NCBI GenBank assembly: GCA_035943995.1
Contig: DASZBS010000021.1
Span: 58,604-122,603 of the forward strand
Length of the DNA stretch: 64,000 nucleotides
Origin: Candidatus Elarobacter sp.
GTDB taxonomy: Bacteria; Vulcanimicrobiota; Vulcanimicrobiia; Vulcanimicrobiales; Vulcanimicrobiaceae
Reading direction: 5' to 3'
How positions within the stretch are numbered: position 1 is the stretch's first letter; each line of letters begins with the position of its first letter. Position numbers and translations under genes: made by a program. The notes beneath the pieces were generated by a model. The model saw nothing but the letters and a program-made list of their open reading frames with translations. It searched no databases and was not told the DNA's origin. This document shows, piece after piece, positions 53,967 to 62,892 of the stretch.

Positions 53967-55403
53967 CTAGTGGAGGGCGCGGGCGAGTCGTTCCACGGCA
54001 CGCAGCAACGCGTCGTCGTCGAGATCGCCGAACGACAGGCGTAGTGCCGGCGGGCCGCTGCGCGTTGGATAGAACGGATCGGCGGGCATGACCAAGACAC
54101 CTTCGCGGGCGCACTGGTCGAATGCCGCCTGCGTCGAGAGTCGGGGCGGGAGGCGCAGCCAGACGTTGGTGCCGGCTTGAGGCGGGCGGACGTCGGCCCA
54201 CGGCAGCGCGCGCGCGAGCGCGTCGACGAACAGGTCGCGGCGGCCGCGGTAGAGCGCGCGCGCCGCCTTGAGGTGGCGCGGGTACGCCGGCGTGCGCAAG
54301 AAGCGCCACAGCGCGCGCTGGGTGAGCGTCGAGGTGAACGAGTCGGTGCGCACCTTCGCGGCCTCGATCGAGTCGCGCATCGCGCCCTTCACGCGCAAGT
54401 ACCCGATGCGCAGCGCCGGGAAGATCGACTTCGAGAGCGATTCCATCATCACGACGCGGCCGTCGGTGTCGTACGCCGCCAGCGGCGGCGGCGCGGCGGT
54501 CTCGTATGCGAACGTCCAGCCGGTTTGATCTTCCAGCACCACCACGTCGTAGCGGCGCGCGAGCTCCACGATCGCTTTACCGCGGCGCGCCGGCAGCACG
54601 ACGCCGGTCGGGTTCTCCGCGATCGGGCAGATCGAGAACAGCCGCGGGCGGTACTCGGCGAACACGCGCTCGACGTCGTCGATGCGCACGCCGTCGGCGT
54701 CGCTGCGCACCTCGACGTAGCTGGCACCGCGCGCGTCGAACACGCCGAGCGTGCCGGGATACGTCGGCGACTCCGACGCGACGACGGCACGGTCGAACAA
54801 CAGCACCGACGCGATCAAGTCGGCGGCCTGCTGCGCGCCCGACGTGACGATGATCTCGTCGGCCGTCGCGTCGCAGCCGCGCGCGTTGAGCCCTTCGGCG
54901 AGCGTCGCGCACAAGTCGGGATCGCCCGTGTTCGCGCGGTACTGCATCGCTTCGGGCGGATCGTCGGCGAACGTGCGCTGCATCGCGCGGCCGAACTCCG
55001 CCATCGGGAACGTCTCGGGCGCAGGGTGCGCGCTCGCGAGCGAGATCACGCCCGGCGCACGCGCCTGCGCGAGCCGGTCCAGCACGCCTTCCATCCGCTC
55101 GCCGCGCGACAGCAGCGACGGCTCCCACGTCCGCGCGAACGCGGTCTCGGCCGGCGGCACCTGCGCCGCGACGAACGTGCCGCGCCCGACGCGCGATACG
55201 ACGCGCCCGCGCGCGGCGAGCGTTTCGTACGCCTGCGACACCGTCACCAGCGCGACGTCGAGCTCGCCGGCGAGCGTGCGAATCGGCGGCAAGCGCGCCT
55301 CGGGCGCCAGCTCACCGCGCTCGATCGCGGTCGCCAGCGCGTCCGCGATCTGCACGTACAACGGCCGCGGATCGCGCGTATCAAGCGCGATCGCGGGCGT
55401 CAT
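53967..55403 (-). CDS. MocR/GabR family GntR regulator with PLP aminotransferase domain
   Basis: PLYVQIA, LPPIR.LA, TVSQAY, GRGTFV; VTSGAQQA, ESPTY, SLSKSIFPALRIG. Confidence 0.92.
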   Translation of the reverse strand: MTPAIALDTRDPRPLYVQIADALATAIERGELAPEARLPPIRTLAGELDVALVTVSQAYETLAARGRVVSRVGRGTFVAAQVPPAETAFARTWEPSLLSRGERMEGVLDRLAQARAPGVISLASAHPAPETFPMAEFGRAMQRTFADDPPEAMQYRANTGDPDLCATLAEGLNARGCDATADEIIVTSGAQQAADLIASVLLFDRAVVASESPTYPGTLGVFDARGASYVEVRSDADGVRIDDVERVFAEYRPRLFSICPIAENPTGVVLPARRGKAIVELARRYDVVVLEDQTGWTFAYETAAPPPLAAYDTDGRVVMMESLSKSIFPALRIGYLRVKGAMRDSIEAAKVRTDSFTSTLTQRALWRFLRTPAYPRHLKAARALYRGRRDLFVDALARALPWADVRPPQAGTNVWLRLPPRLSTQAAFDQCAREGVLVMPADPFYPTRSGPPALRLSFGDLDDDALLRAVERLARALH

Positions 55404-56086
55404 CTCTCGTCGAGCCGGTAACCGATGCCGCGCACCGACGAGATCGCCATGACGGCGCCGACCTCGTTGAGCTTCTTGCGCAGCGCCGCCACGTGCACGT
55501 CGACGACGCGCGTCGGCACGCCGCTCACGTCGTTCCACACGCGTTCGAGGATCTGCGCGCGCGTCAGCAGCTTGCCGACGTTCTCCGCCAGATACCACAG
55601 CAGCCGGAACTCGAGCGCGGTCAGCGTGACGCTCTTGCCCTCGTTCTCGAGCGTGTGGAAATCGCGGACCAGCGTCGCGGTGCCGGTCTGCAGCCGGCCT
55701 TCCTGATCGGTCTTGCGCGAGCGCTCGCGGCGGCGCAGGAACGACTGCACGCGCGCGACGAGCTCGTTGCCGGAGAACGGCTTGCGGATGTAGTCGTCCG
55801 CGCCCAGGCCGAGCCCCTTGAGCACGTCGTTCTCGCTGGAGTGCGCGCTCACCATCAGGATGAACGCGTCGGACGAGTTCGCGAGCGACGTGCACACGTC
55901 GAGGCCGGAGATGTCGGGCAGTTCCACGTCGAGCAGCACGATGGCCGGCTTGAACGCCGGTTCGGCCTCGAGCCCGGCCGTGCCGGTGCTCGCGACGCGC
56001 ACCTCATAGCCACTGCGTTCCAGGATCATCTTCTCGAACGTCGCGACGTCCGCGTCGTCTTCGATGATCAGGATCCTATCGGACAC
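55400..56086 (-). CDS. OmpR-family response regulator (no adjacent kinase)
   Basis: ILIIEDD, LLDVELP, LGADDYIRKPF, LT.LEFRLL, R.VDVHV..LR.KL, VRGIGY. Confidence 0.93.
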   Translation of the reverse strand: MSDRILIIEDDADVATFEKMILERSGYEVRVASTGTAGLEAEPAFKPAIVLLDVELPDISGLDVCTSLANSSDAFILMVSAHSSENDVLKGLGLGADDYIRKPFSGNELVARVQSFLRRRERSRKTDQEGRLQTGTATLVRDFHTLENEGKSVTLTALEFRLLWYLAENVGKLLTRAQILERVWNDVSGVPTRVVDVHVAALRKKLNEVGAVMAISSVRGIGYRLDER

Positions 56087-57538
56087 TTATCGCACCCCTA
56101 CCGGCTCCTGTGCCGCCTCGTCGTCGGGCATGAGCAGCTCGCGCCGCGCGACACCTTCGTCGATCGCAGCCTGCCGCACCGCGCGCGCGACCGCTTCGAC
56201 CACCTTGGTGTCGAAGACGCTCGGCACGATGTACTCGGCGCTGCGCTCGTCGCCGACGATGTCGGCGATCGCGCGCGCCGCCGCCAGCTTCATCCCTTCG
56301 GTGATCCGGCGCGCGCGGCAGTCGAGCGCGCCGCGGAAGATCCCCGGGAACGACAGCAGGTTGTTGATCTGGTTCGGGAAGTCGCTGCGGCCCGTGCCGA
56401 TCACCGCCGCGTAGGGCGCCGCCGCGTCCGGCATCACCTCGGGCGTCGGGTTCGCCATCGCGAACACGATCGGGTCGCGCGCCATCGTGCCGATCCACTC
56501 CGGCTGCAAGATCCCCGGCGCGCTGACGCCGATGAACACGTCGGCGCCTTTGAGCACGTCCTGCAACGAGCCGCGGCGGTTCTCGCGGTTCGTGTTCTGC
56601 GCGAGCCAGGTCCAGTGCGAGTTCTGATACTGCACGTCGCGGCTCAGCGCGCCTTCGCGGTCGACCGCGATCACGTCGCGCACGCCGGCGGCGAGCATCA
56701 TCTTGATCGTCGCCGTGCCGGCGGCGCCGCTGCCGGTCAGCACGATGGTGACGTCTTCGAGCTTCTTGCCGACCACCGCGACCGCGTTCATCAGCGCGGC
56801 GAGGATGACGACCGCGGTGCCGTGCTGGTCGTCGTGCATCACCGGGATGTCGAGCTCTTCGACGAGCCGGCGCTCCACCTCGAAGCAGCGCGGCGCGCTG
56901 ATGTCCTCGAGGTTGATCCCGCCGAAGATCGGCGCGATCAGCTTCGCCGTGCGCACGATCTCGTCGACGTCTTTGGTGTCGAGGCAGATCGGGAACGCGT
57001 CGATGTCGGCGAACTGCTTGAAGAGCATGCACTTGCCCTCCATCACCGGCGCCGCGCCGTACGGGCCGATGTCGCCCAAACCGAGCACCGCGGTGCCATC
57101 GGTGAGCACGCACACGGTGTTGCGCTTGATCGTCAGCGCGTACGCTTTCGCCGGGTCCTTCGCGATCGCGCTGGACACGCGCGCGACGCCGGGCGTGTAG
57201 ACCGTCGAGAGATCTTGGCGCGTCTTGACCGGCCGCGTGATGCCGGTGCGAATCTTGCCGCCGAGGTGCGCGAGAAACGTCGAGTCGGACACGTTGACGA
57301 CGCGCACGCCTTCGACGCGCTCGATCGCCTGGCGCACCTGGTCGCCGACCAGCTCGCTCGGCACGTTCACCGTGACGTCGCGCGTGATCGTCGTCTTGCC
57401 GACCGTCCGGGTGTCCACGGCGCCGACCATCCCGCCGGCGTCACCGATCGCCGAGGCCAGGACGCCGAACGAGCCCGGGGTGTTCGGCGTCTCCAGCCGC
57501 ATCACGAGTTGGGTGCCGATCGAAGGAGCGGAGGCCAT
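56087..57538 (-). CDS. NAD-dependent malic enzyme with N-terminal ACT domain
   Basis: VYTPGVA, TDGTAVLGLGDIG, MEGK, INLEDI, HDDQHGTA, GSGAAG, FAMANP.PE, TGRSDFPNQINN. Confidence 0.94.
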   Translation of the reverse strand: MASAPSIGTQLVMRLETPNTPGSFGVLASAIGDAGGMVGAVDTRTVGKTTITRDVTVNVPSELVGDQVRQAIERVEGVRVVNVSDSTFLAHLGGKIRTGITRPVKTRQDLSTVYTPGVARVSSAIAKDPAKAYALTIKRNTVCVLTDGTAVLGLGDIGPYGAAPVMEGKCMLFKQFADIDAFPICLDTKDVDEIVRTAKLIAPIFGGINLEDISAPRCFEVERRLVEELDIPVMHDDQHGTAVVILAALMNAVAVVGKKLEDVTIVLTGSGAAGTATIKMMLAAGVRDVIAVDREGALSRDVQYQNSHWTWLAQNTNRENRRGSLQDVLKGADVFIGVSAPGILQPEWIGTMARDPIVFAMANPTPEVMPDAAAPYAAVIGTGRSDFPNQINNLLSFPGIFRGALDCRARRITEGMKLAAARAIADIVGDERSAEYIVPSVFDTKVVEAVARAVRQAAIDEGVARRELLMPDDEAAQEPVGVR

Positions 57539-57663
57539 CGGAAGCGGGTACGGTGTTGTTCCCCGGGTGTCCTCGCCGCGCGACGGCTCGTCGACTTCTC
57601 CGGGCGGTCCGTCCCAGCGGTCGGCACTCGACGAGGGAGTTCCACAAAGCGCATGCTTTCCAA

Positions 57664-58659
57664 ATGACGTCCGTCACGGCGGCTGCTGCCGGAGCGCTCG
57701 GTGCGCTGGTGGTGATCGCGGCGGCGACCGGCCCGGCGCTGCGGCGCAGGCGGGAAGCGCTCGAAGCTGCCGCCGCGGCCGCGCTGGGGACCGTCGCGAT
57801 GATCCTAGGCGGCGACGAAGCCGTCCTTGCCGGGGTGGCGCTCGTGCTCGGCGCCGCCGCGGTCGCCCGCTACACCCAGGCGGTGATCTCGGCGACGCGC
57901 GACGCGCCCGCCCGCCTGTTCGCGACGTTCCAGCGCGAAAGCGAGGCGAAGGGCCGCTTTCTGCCGCGCACGCTGGTGGACCGGCTGGGCCGCACGTCGC
58001 TGGCCGACATCGAGATCGGCGACCGCGCGACCGAGCCGATGACCGTGCTGTTCGCCGACATCCGCGATTCGACGGCGCTGACCGAAGAGCTGTCCTCGGA
58101 GGACGCCTTCGTGCTGATCGCCGACTTCTTCGCCCGCTCGGCGCGCGTCGTGCGCGAGCACCGCGGCAGCATCGACAAGTACCTGGGCGACGGCTACATG
58201 GCGCTGTTCCCGCGCTGCGTCGAGGACGCGCTCGACGCCGCGCTCGCGCTCCAGGCCGCGGTGCGCGACTTGAATCGCGAAGGTTTGGGCCCGCCGATCG
58301 AGATCGGCGTCGGGCTGCACACCGGGCCGGTGACGTTCGGGACCGTCGGCGACGCGCGCCACATCGACACGACGGTCGTGTCCGACACCGTCAACACCGC
58401 CAAGCGCGTCGAAGGCCTGTCGAAACGGCTGACGGTCCCGGTCGTCGTGACGGAGAGCGTGATGCACGCGGTGCGCGACGCGGGCCGCTACGTGGTGCAC
58501 CCGCTCGGCGCGCAGAAAGTGCGCGGCAAGCGCGAGCCGCTCGACGTGTTCGCGCTCGAAGCGACGCCCGACGTGCGCCGCGTGACGACGGGCCCGCTCA
58601 GACAGCCGATGAAGCGCCCCGTCTCGTCCGCGACGAGCGAGCCCAGCACGTCGTCATGA
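57664..58659 (+). CDS. Class III adenylate/guanylate cyclase with N-terminal membrane segments
   Basis: VLFADIRDST, IDKYLGDG.MA.F, IGVGLHTG, DTVN.A.RVE; start uncertain. Confidence 0.88.
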   Translation: MTSVTAAAAGALGALVVIAAATGPALRRRREALEAAAAAALGTVAMILGGDEAVLAGVALVLGAAAVARYTQAVISATRDAPARLFATFQRESEAKGRFLPRTLVDRLGRTSLADIEIGDRATEPMTVLFADIRDSTALTEELSSEDAFVLIADFFARSARVVREHRGSIDKYLGDGYMALFPRCVEDALDAALALQAAVRDLNREGLGPPIEIGVGLHTGPVTFGTVGDARHIDTTVVSDTVNTAKRVEGLSKRLTVPVVVTESVMHAVRDAGRYVVHPLGAQKVRGKREPLDVFALEATPDVRRVTTGPLRQPMKRPVSSATSEPSTSS

Positions 58660-58953
58660 TGCATCGGCTTCCGGGCGGAAGCAGATCAGTCGATAGCCCG
58701 CATCCGGATCGGCATCGATATACAAACCGGCGTCGCGAAGTATGGCGACGTCGCGGCGAAACGAACTCAGCGATACACCGAACCGCCGCTCGTACTCGCA
58801 AACGTCGACACGGTCGCGGCGCACGAGCCGCGTGATGAGCCAGACGAGCCGGATGATTTTGCGGCTGGTGGATTCGACCGTCCGCGGGTAGGACGACGCG
58901 GCCGTGCGGCGCGGGGTGGTCGACGCGGGCGCGTCGAAATACGCGGTTGTCAT
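58654..58953 (-). CDS. Small winged-HTH (HTH_11-like) protein
   Basis: R...L...L, ...FGVS..SFRRDV..LR.AG, GY.L pattern. Confidence 0.65.
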   Translation of the reverse strand: MTTAYFDAPASTTPRRTAASSYPRTVESTSRKIIRLVWLITRLVRRDRVDVCEYERRFGVSLSSFRRDVAILRDAGLYIDADPDAGYRLICFRPEADAS

Positions 58954-58978
58954 TCGGTGGTTACTCCATCGGGTGACG

Positions 58979-59011
58979 GACCCGGCCGGCGGTAATGACG
59001 CTGGCCGGGTC
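58979..59011. other. 13-bp inverted repeat/hairpin upstream of the HTH gene
   Basis: GACCCGGCCGGCG-gtaatga-CGCTGGCCGGGTC (one G-T pair). Confidence 0.6.
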
Positions 59012-59139
59012 GCTATGTGTCATGCGCGTGATGCGTAGCTAGATTATAGCATGCGCGATTTCCGCGGCGCAAGCAAATCGTTGAACGAAAGAAGACATCG
59101 AAACGGGCGCAGGACCGCGACCTGCGAACCGTTGCGTTC

Positions 59140-60225
59140 ATGGCGACGATCGCAAAGCAAAGCATCTCGCGCAGAACGGAACCGAGTCCCGCGGAGACAC
59201 TGCGCGCGCTCGCCGATGCGCTGCCTGAGGATGCGACGTTCGACTCGTATGGCGCTGGCGCACTCATCGAAGATCTTGAACGCGAAGTAGCGGCGCTGCT
59301 CGGCAAAGAGGCGGCGGTGTTCTGCACGAGCGGCAAAGCCGCTCAGCTCTCGGCGCTGCGTGTGCACGCCGACCGCCGCGGGCGAAACGTCGTCGCCGCG
59401 CACCCGCGCTCGCACATCGTCGAGGACGAGAACGACGCAATCGGCACGCTTTACGGCTTGCGCGTCGCACGCGTCGGAACGCTCGTCGATCCGTTCACGC
59501 TAGCGGAGCTGGCCGAAGTGCAGGAGCCGCTCGCCGCAGTCGTCGTCGAGCTACCGCTACGGCGCACTGGGTATCGCGTCCCGACGTGGGATGAGCTCGT
59601 CGCGGTCGCCGAACACGTGCGGGGCACCGGTGTTGCGTTCCATCTCGACGGCGCGCGCCTGTGGGAGACGGCGCCCGGCTACGGCAGATCGCTCGCCGAG
59701 ATCGCCGCACTCGCGGACACGGTCTACGTGTCTTTCTACAAAGGCCTCGGCGGCATCGCGGGCGCCGCACTCGCAGGCGACGCGGAGACCGTCGCCGCGG
59801 CACGTGTCTGGATCGGCCGCGCGGGAGCCACGCTCTTTCGCATGTACCCGTACGCGGTCGCGGCGCGCGAAGGATTGCGCAGAGAGCTCCCGCGGATGCT
59901 GCAGTACCATACGCGCGCGGTCGAGATCGCCGACGCACTGCGCAAGGTCCCCGGCGTCGCGGTGAATCCCGACCCGCCGGCCTGCAACGCGTTCATCGTA
60001 TACCTCGACGGCAAGCACGACGCATTGCTCGCCGCGCGCGACGCCGTCGTCGAGTCACAGGACCTGATCGTGTTCCAGCACCTCTCGCAAACGGCGCACC
60101 CGTGCGTCAGCTCTTTCGAGCTCGTCGTCGGGGCGAATACGCTAGAAACGAATGTGGCGAAGATTCGGGCTGCTCTCGCCGAACTGGTTGAACGCGCACA
60201 GCGCGACGAGCGCAGCGTCGTCTAG
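59140..60225 (+). CDS. Low-specificity L-threonine aldolase family (PLP)
   Basis: YG.G, LE..VA.LLGKEAAVF, SH....E, HLDGARLWE, YVSFYKGLG. Confidence 0.9.
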   Translation: MATIAKQSISRRTEPSPAETLRALADALPEDATFDSYGAGALIEDLEREVAALLGKEAAVFCTSGKAAQLSALRVHADRRGRNVVAAHPRSHIVEDENDAIGTLYGLRVARVGTLVDPFTLAELAEVQEPLAAVVVELPLRRTGYRVPTWDELVAVAEHVRGTGVAFHLDGARLWETAPGYGRSLAEIAALADTVYVSFYKGLGGIAGAALAGDAETVAAARVWIGRAGATLFRMYPYAVAAREGLRRELPRMLQYHTRAVEIADALRKVPGVAVNPDPPACNAFIVYLDGKHDALLAARDAVVESQDLIVFQHLSQTAHPCVSSFELVVGANTLETNVAKIRAALAELVERAQRDERSVV

Positions 60226-60310
60226 CTGCCCAATCCGCAATCTCGCCGCCCTGTCGATGGCTATCGTCATCGGTGCCATCTGTAATGCTCCAGGACGGTA
60301 CGTTCAAGGA

Positions 60311-61537
60311 TTACGGTTCGGACGACATGCGAGCGCCATAGCGCCCGCGCCAGTTTACTGTTCCAGTGTAACCCTCCCAAAACGCACCATGCCTTATCCG
60401 AAGGCCAAACTCGTTTATCATCCCGTGACGAAGGAATTGGATCATAAGAGCTCTGGTTATAAGCGCTTCCCGATCGCCTCGCAACACATCACTTGCGCAC
60501 TTATCGCAAGCGCCCCAGTCGGAAATGAGGATCTGATTTTCTCCGCCACTGGGATACTCAAGGATAATATCAGGGCAGCCGAAGTCCGCACCCTGATCAT
60601 CGGCTAACGCTACTGAGCAGAAATCGCAAAGGCCCATCCGCTCTTTGTTAGCCGCGCCTCCAGATCGATCTACGAGCCACTCTTCTCCCGTTAGGACGTT
60701 CGAGAAAAAGTGCTCGAAGGACTCTCCCACATCTACATAGTGTTCGTACATTTCTCGCTTGAACTCAAAGTCGAAGTCCAGCGAGTGGGCGACCCCGCCG
60801 GGCGGAGAGCCACTGAGTCGAAAATGAGTGTTCGGCGGCAATGATGCGGCGCGCGTTCCATGTGTTGGCCCTTCTTCAGCCGCTCGGTAAAGGTTGCTCA
60901 AGAATTCGACGCGATACTCCTCGACGATCGTCGGCAATTTGCTCCAACCTCGATCAGAGCTTCCCAGCGCCACATCGTATGCAGAAACAAGTCCGGATCT
61001 AAAGTCGATGCGAATTTCTTCTCCCACGAGATCCGTGCCTCGCAGAAAGATAACGTCAAATCGATACGTAACAGCTCTCATACCTGATAGATCGATGTGA
61101 GCAACAGTTGGTTTGGCATCGTCTAAGTCTTGCAACAGGAAGAGTTCGATCCCATGAGTCTTCGCGAAATTTAACGCACCTTCTTGATAACCGTTGGCGG
61201 CAACCATGATGCCTCGTGGTTGGCCAGGTATATCTTGTAAGACAGCTGCGAAGGTCAGTATCTGCTCTTTCTTAACTTTAGAGCGCCAGCGTTTGGCCTG
61301 CACCGCGATTCGGTGAATCATAAACGGTGCTTGGATCTCGATGTAAACGTCGATCTCGTGCGAAATTGGTTTTCCAAGCTCGTCGCGCGTAGCGCCTTCA
61401 ACGATTGCATTCCGTTGAACCGTAACGGTCGCCACATCACCGACCACGCGATATGCTGATGCCAGGATTGTTTCGACGAGTCGCTCATATGCAGCGGCTT
61501 CGTCCTTATGATTTCTGTTACGATGGCGTCTCGACAT
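60311..61537 (-). CDS. Mrr-like restriction endonuclease with C-terminal Cys4 (putative Zn) domain
   Basis: YE.LV, HEIDV, AVQAKRW, V....I..F, GIMV...GYQ.GA...A...GI.L; CDFC...ACDKC; low GC. Confidence 0.8.
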   Translation of the reverse strand: MSRRHRNRNHKDEAAAYERLVETILASAYRVVGDVATVTVQRNAIVEGATRDELGKPISHEIDVYIEIQAPFMIHRIAVQAKRWRSKVKKEQILTFAAVLQDIPGQPRGIMVAANGYQEGALNFAKTHGIELFLLQDLDDAKPTVAHIDLSGMRAVTYRFDVIFLRGTDLVGEEIRIDFRSGLVSAYDVALGSSDRGWSKLPTIVEEYRVEFLSNLYRAAEEGPTHGTRAASLPPNTHFRLSGSPPGGVAHSLDFDFEFKREMYEHYVDVGESFEHFFSNVLTGEEWLVDRSGGAANKERMGLCDFCSVALADDQGADFGCPDIILEYPSGGENQILISDWGACDKCASDVLRGDREALITRALMIQFLRHGMINEFGLRIRHGAFWEGYTGTVNWRGRYGARMSSEP

Positions 61538-61542
61538 CGGTT

Positions 61543-62892
61543 CTACGTTCCGCTGATCGTCATCTCCGCGATGCGGAACGACGGGGAGACGATCGTGCCG
61601 TCGAAGCGTAGGTCGCCCGCGATGCCGTCGATGCCGGCGAGCATCTCCGCGAACGCCGACGCGATGGTGAATTCGTCGATCGCGTACTGCGGCTCACCGT
61701 TTTCGATGTAGATCCCGCGCGCGCCGCGGCTGTACGTACCGCTCGCGAGCTCCGTCGCGAAGCCGATCGTATCGAGCACCAGGACGCCGCGCTCGGTGGA
61801 GGCGACGAGATCGTCCAGCGTGCCCGAGCCGGGGACGAGGTAGAAGTTGTTCGCGGCCACTCCGCCGCTACCCGACGCGTTGCCCGTCGACGCGATGCCG
61901 AGCCGGCGTCCCCAGTACACGTCGCTGAGGTACGTGCGCAGCACGCCGCCTTCGAACACCACCGTTTCGCGCGTCGGCGTGCCCTCGCCGTCGAACGGGG
62001 ACGTGCCCAGGCCGCTGCGCAGGCGGCCGTCGTCGACGATCGTCACGCGCTCGTTTCCGATGCGCTCGCCGCCGCGGTCCGCCAGCCACGAGTTGCCGAC
62101 CGCGACGTTGGCCGCGTTGATCGCCCCGAACACGTCGCCCAGCACGGCGGCCGCGACATCGCGCTCGAAGATCACCGGAACGCGCATCGTCGCCGGCTTG
62201 CGCGCGCCGACGAGCGCGAGCGCGCGGTGCACCGCGTGCAGCGCCACCGCCTGCGCGCTTTCCGCCGTATTCCAGCCGCGCGCCGCCGTGCCGTAGTGGC
62301 CGATCCGCTTGTTCTCGCCGTCCAACGCCACGGGCGCCGCCGTGCGCGACACCTGCGTCCCCTGCGTCACACCGCGAAAACCGCGCGTGTTCGCGAGCGC
62401 CCACGACACCAGCGAGTCGCGCACGCGCGAGCCGTCGGAGTTCGCGATGCGCACGTCGGCAGCGCGCACGGCGCGCTCCATTGCGAGCGCTTCGTCGATC
62501 TTCTCCTCGTCGCCGCGCGCGGCGACGTCGAGGTCGACCGTGCCGAGGTCGTGGTCGCACACGTCGTCGGAGGCCGCGACGTCGGCCAGCCCGGCGTGCG
62601 GGTCCTCGCCGACGAACGCCGCCGCCGCGACCACTCGCTGCGCGAGCGCCGCGACGCCGTCGCGCGACAGATCGGTCGTCGCGAGCGTCGCGTGGCGCGT
62701 GCCGACGAACGCGCGCACGCGCAGCGACCGTCCGCGCGAGCGCTCGATCTTGGTGACCTCGCGGTCGCGCGCCTCGCACGCGAACCGGTCGGCGATCTCG
62801 ACGATCGCGTCCGCGTCCGTCGCGCCCGCCGCGGAGATCAGCGCGATCGCCGTGTCGGCCAGCGCGAGCGCCTCGTCGCGCGGATCAGCCAC
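61543..62892 (-). CDS. pmbA: TldE/PmbA family metalloprotease subunit
   Basis: DDG....LG.SPFDGEG.P, ..G.L.TYL, STGNA, SG.YS.GA.G..IENGE motifs. Confidence 0.88.
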   Translation of the reverse strand: MADPRDEALALADTAIALISAAGATDADAIVEIADRFACEARDREVTKIERSRGRSLRVRAFVGTRHATLATTDLSRDGVAALAQRVVAAAAFVGEDPHAGLADVAASDDVCDHDLGTVDLDVAARGDEEKIDEALAMERAVRAADVRIANSDGSRVRDSLVSWALANTRGFRGVTQGTQVSRTAAPVALDGENKRIGHYGTAARGWNTAESAQAVALHAVHRALALVGARKPATMRVPVIFERDVAAAVLGDVFGAINAANVAVGNSWLADRGGERIGNERVTIVDDGRLRSGLGTSPFDGEGTPTRETVVFEGGVLRTYLSDVYWGRRLGIASTGNASGSGGVAANNFYLVPGSGTLDDLVASTERGVLVLDTIGFATELASGTYSRGARGIYIENGEPQYAIDEFTIASAFAEMLAGIDGIAGDLRFDGTIVSPSFRIAEMTISGT

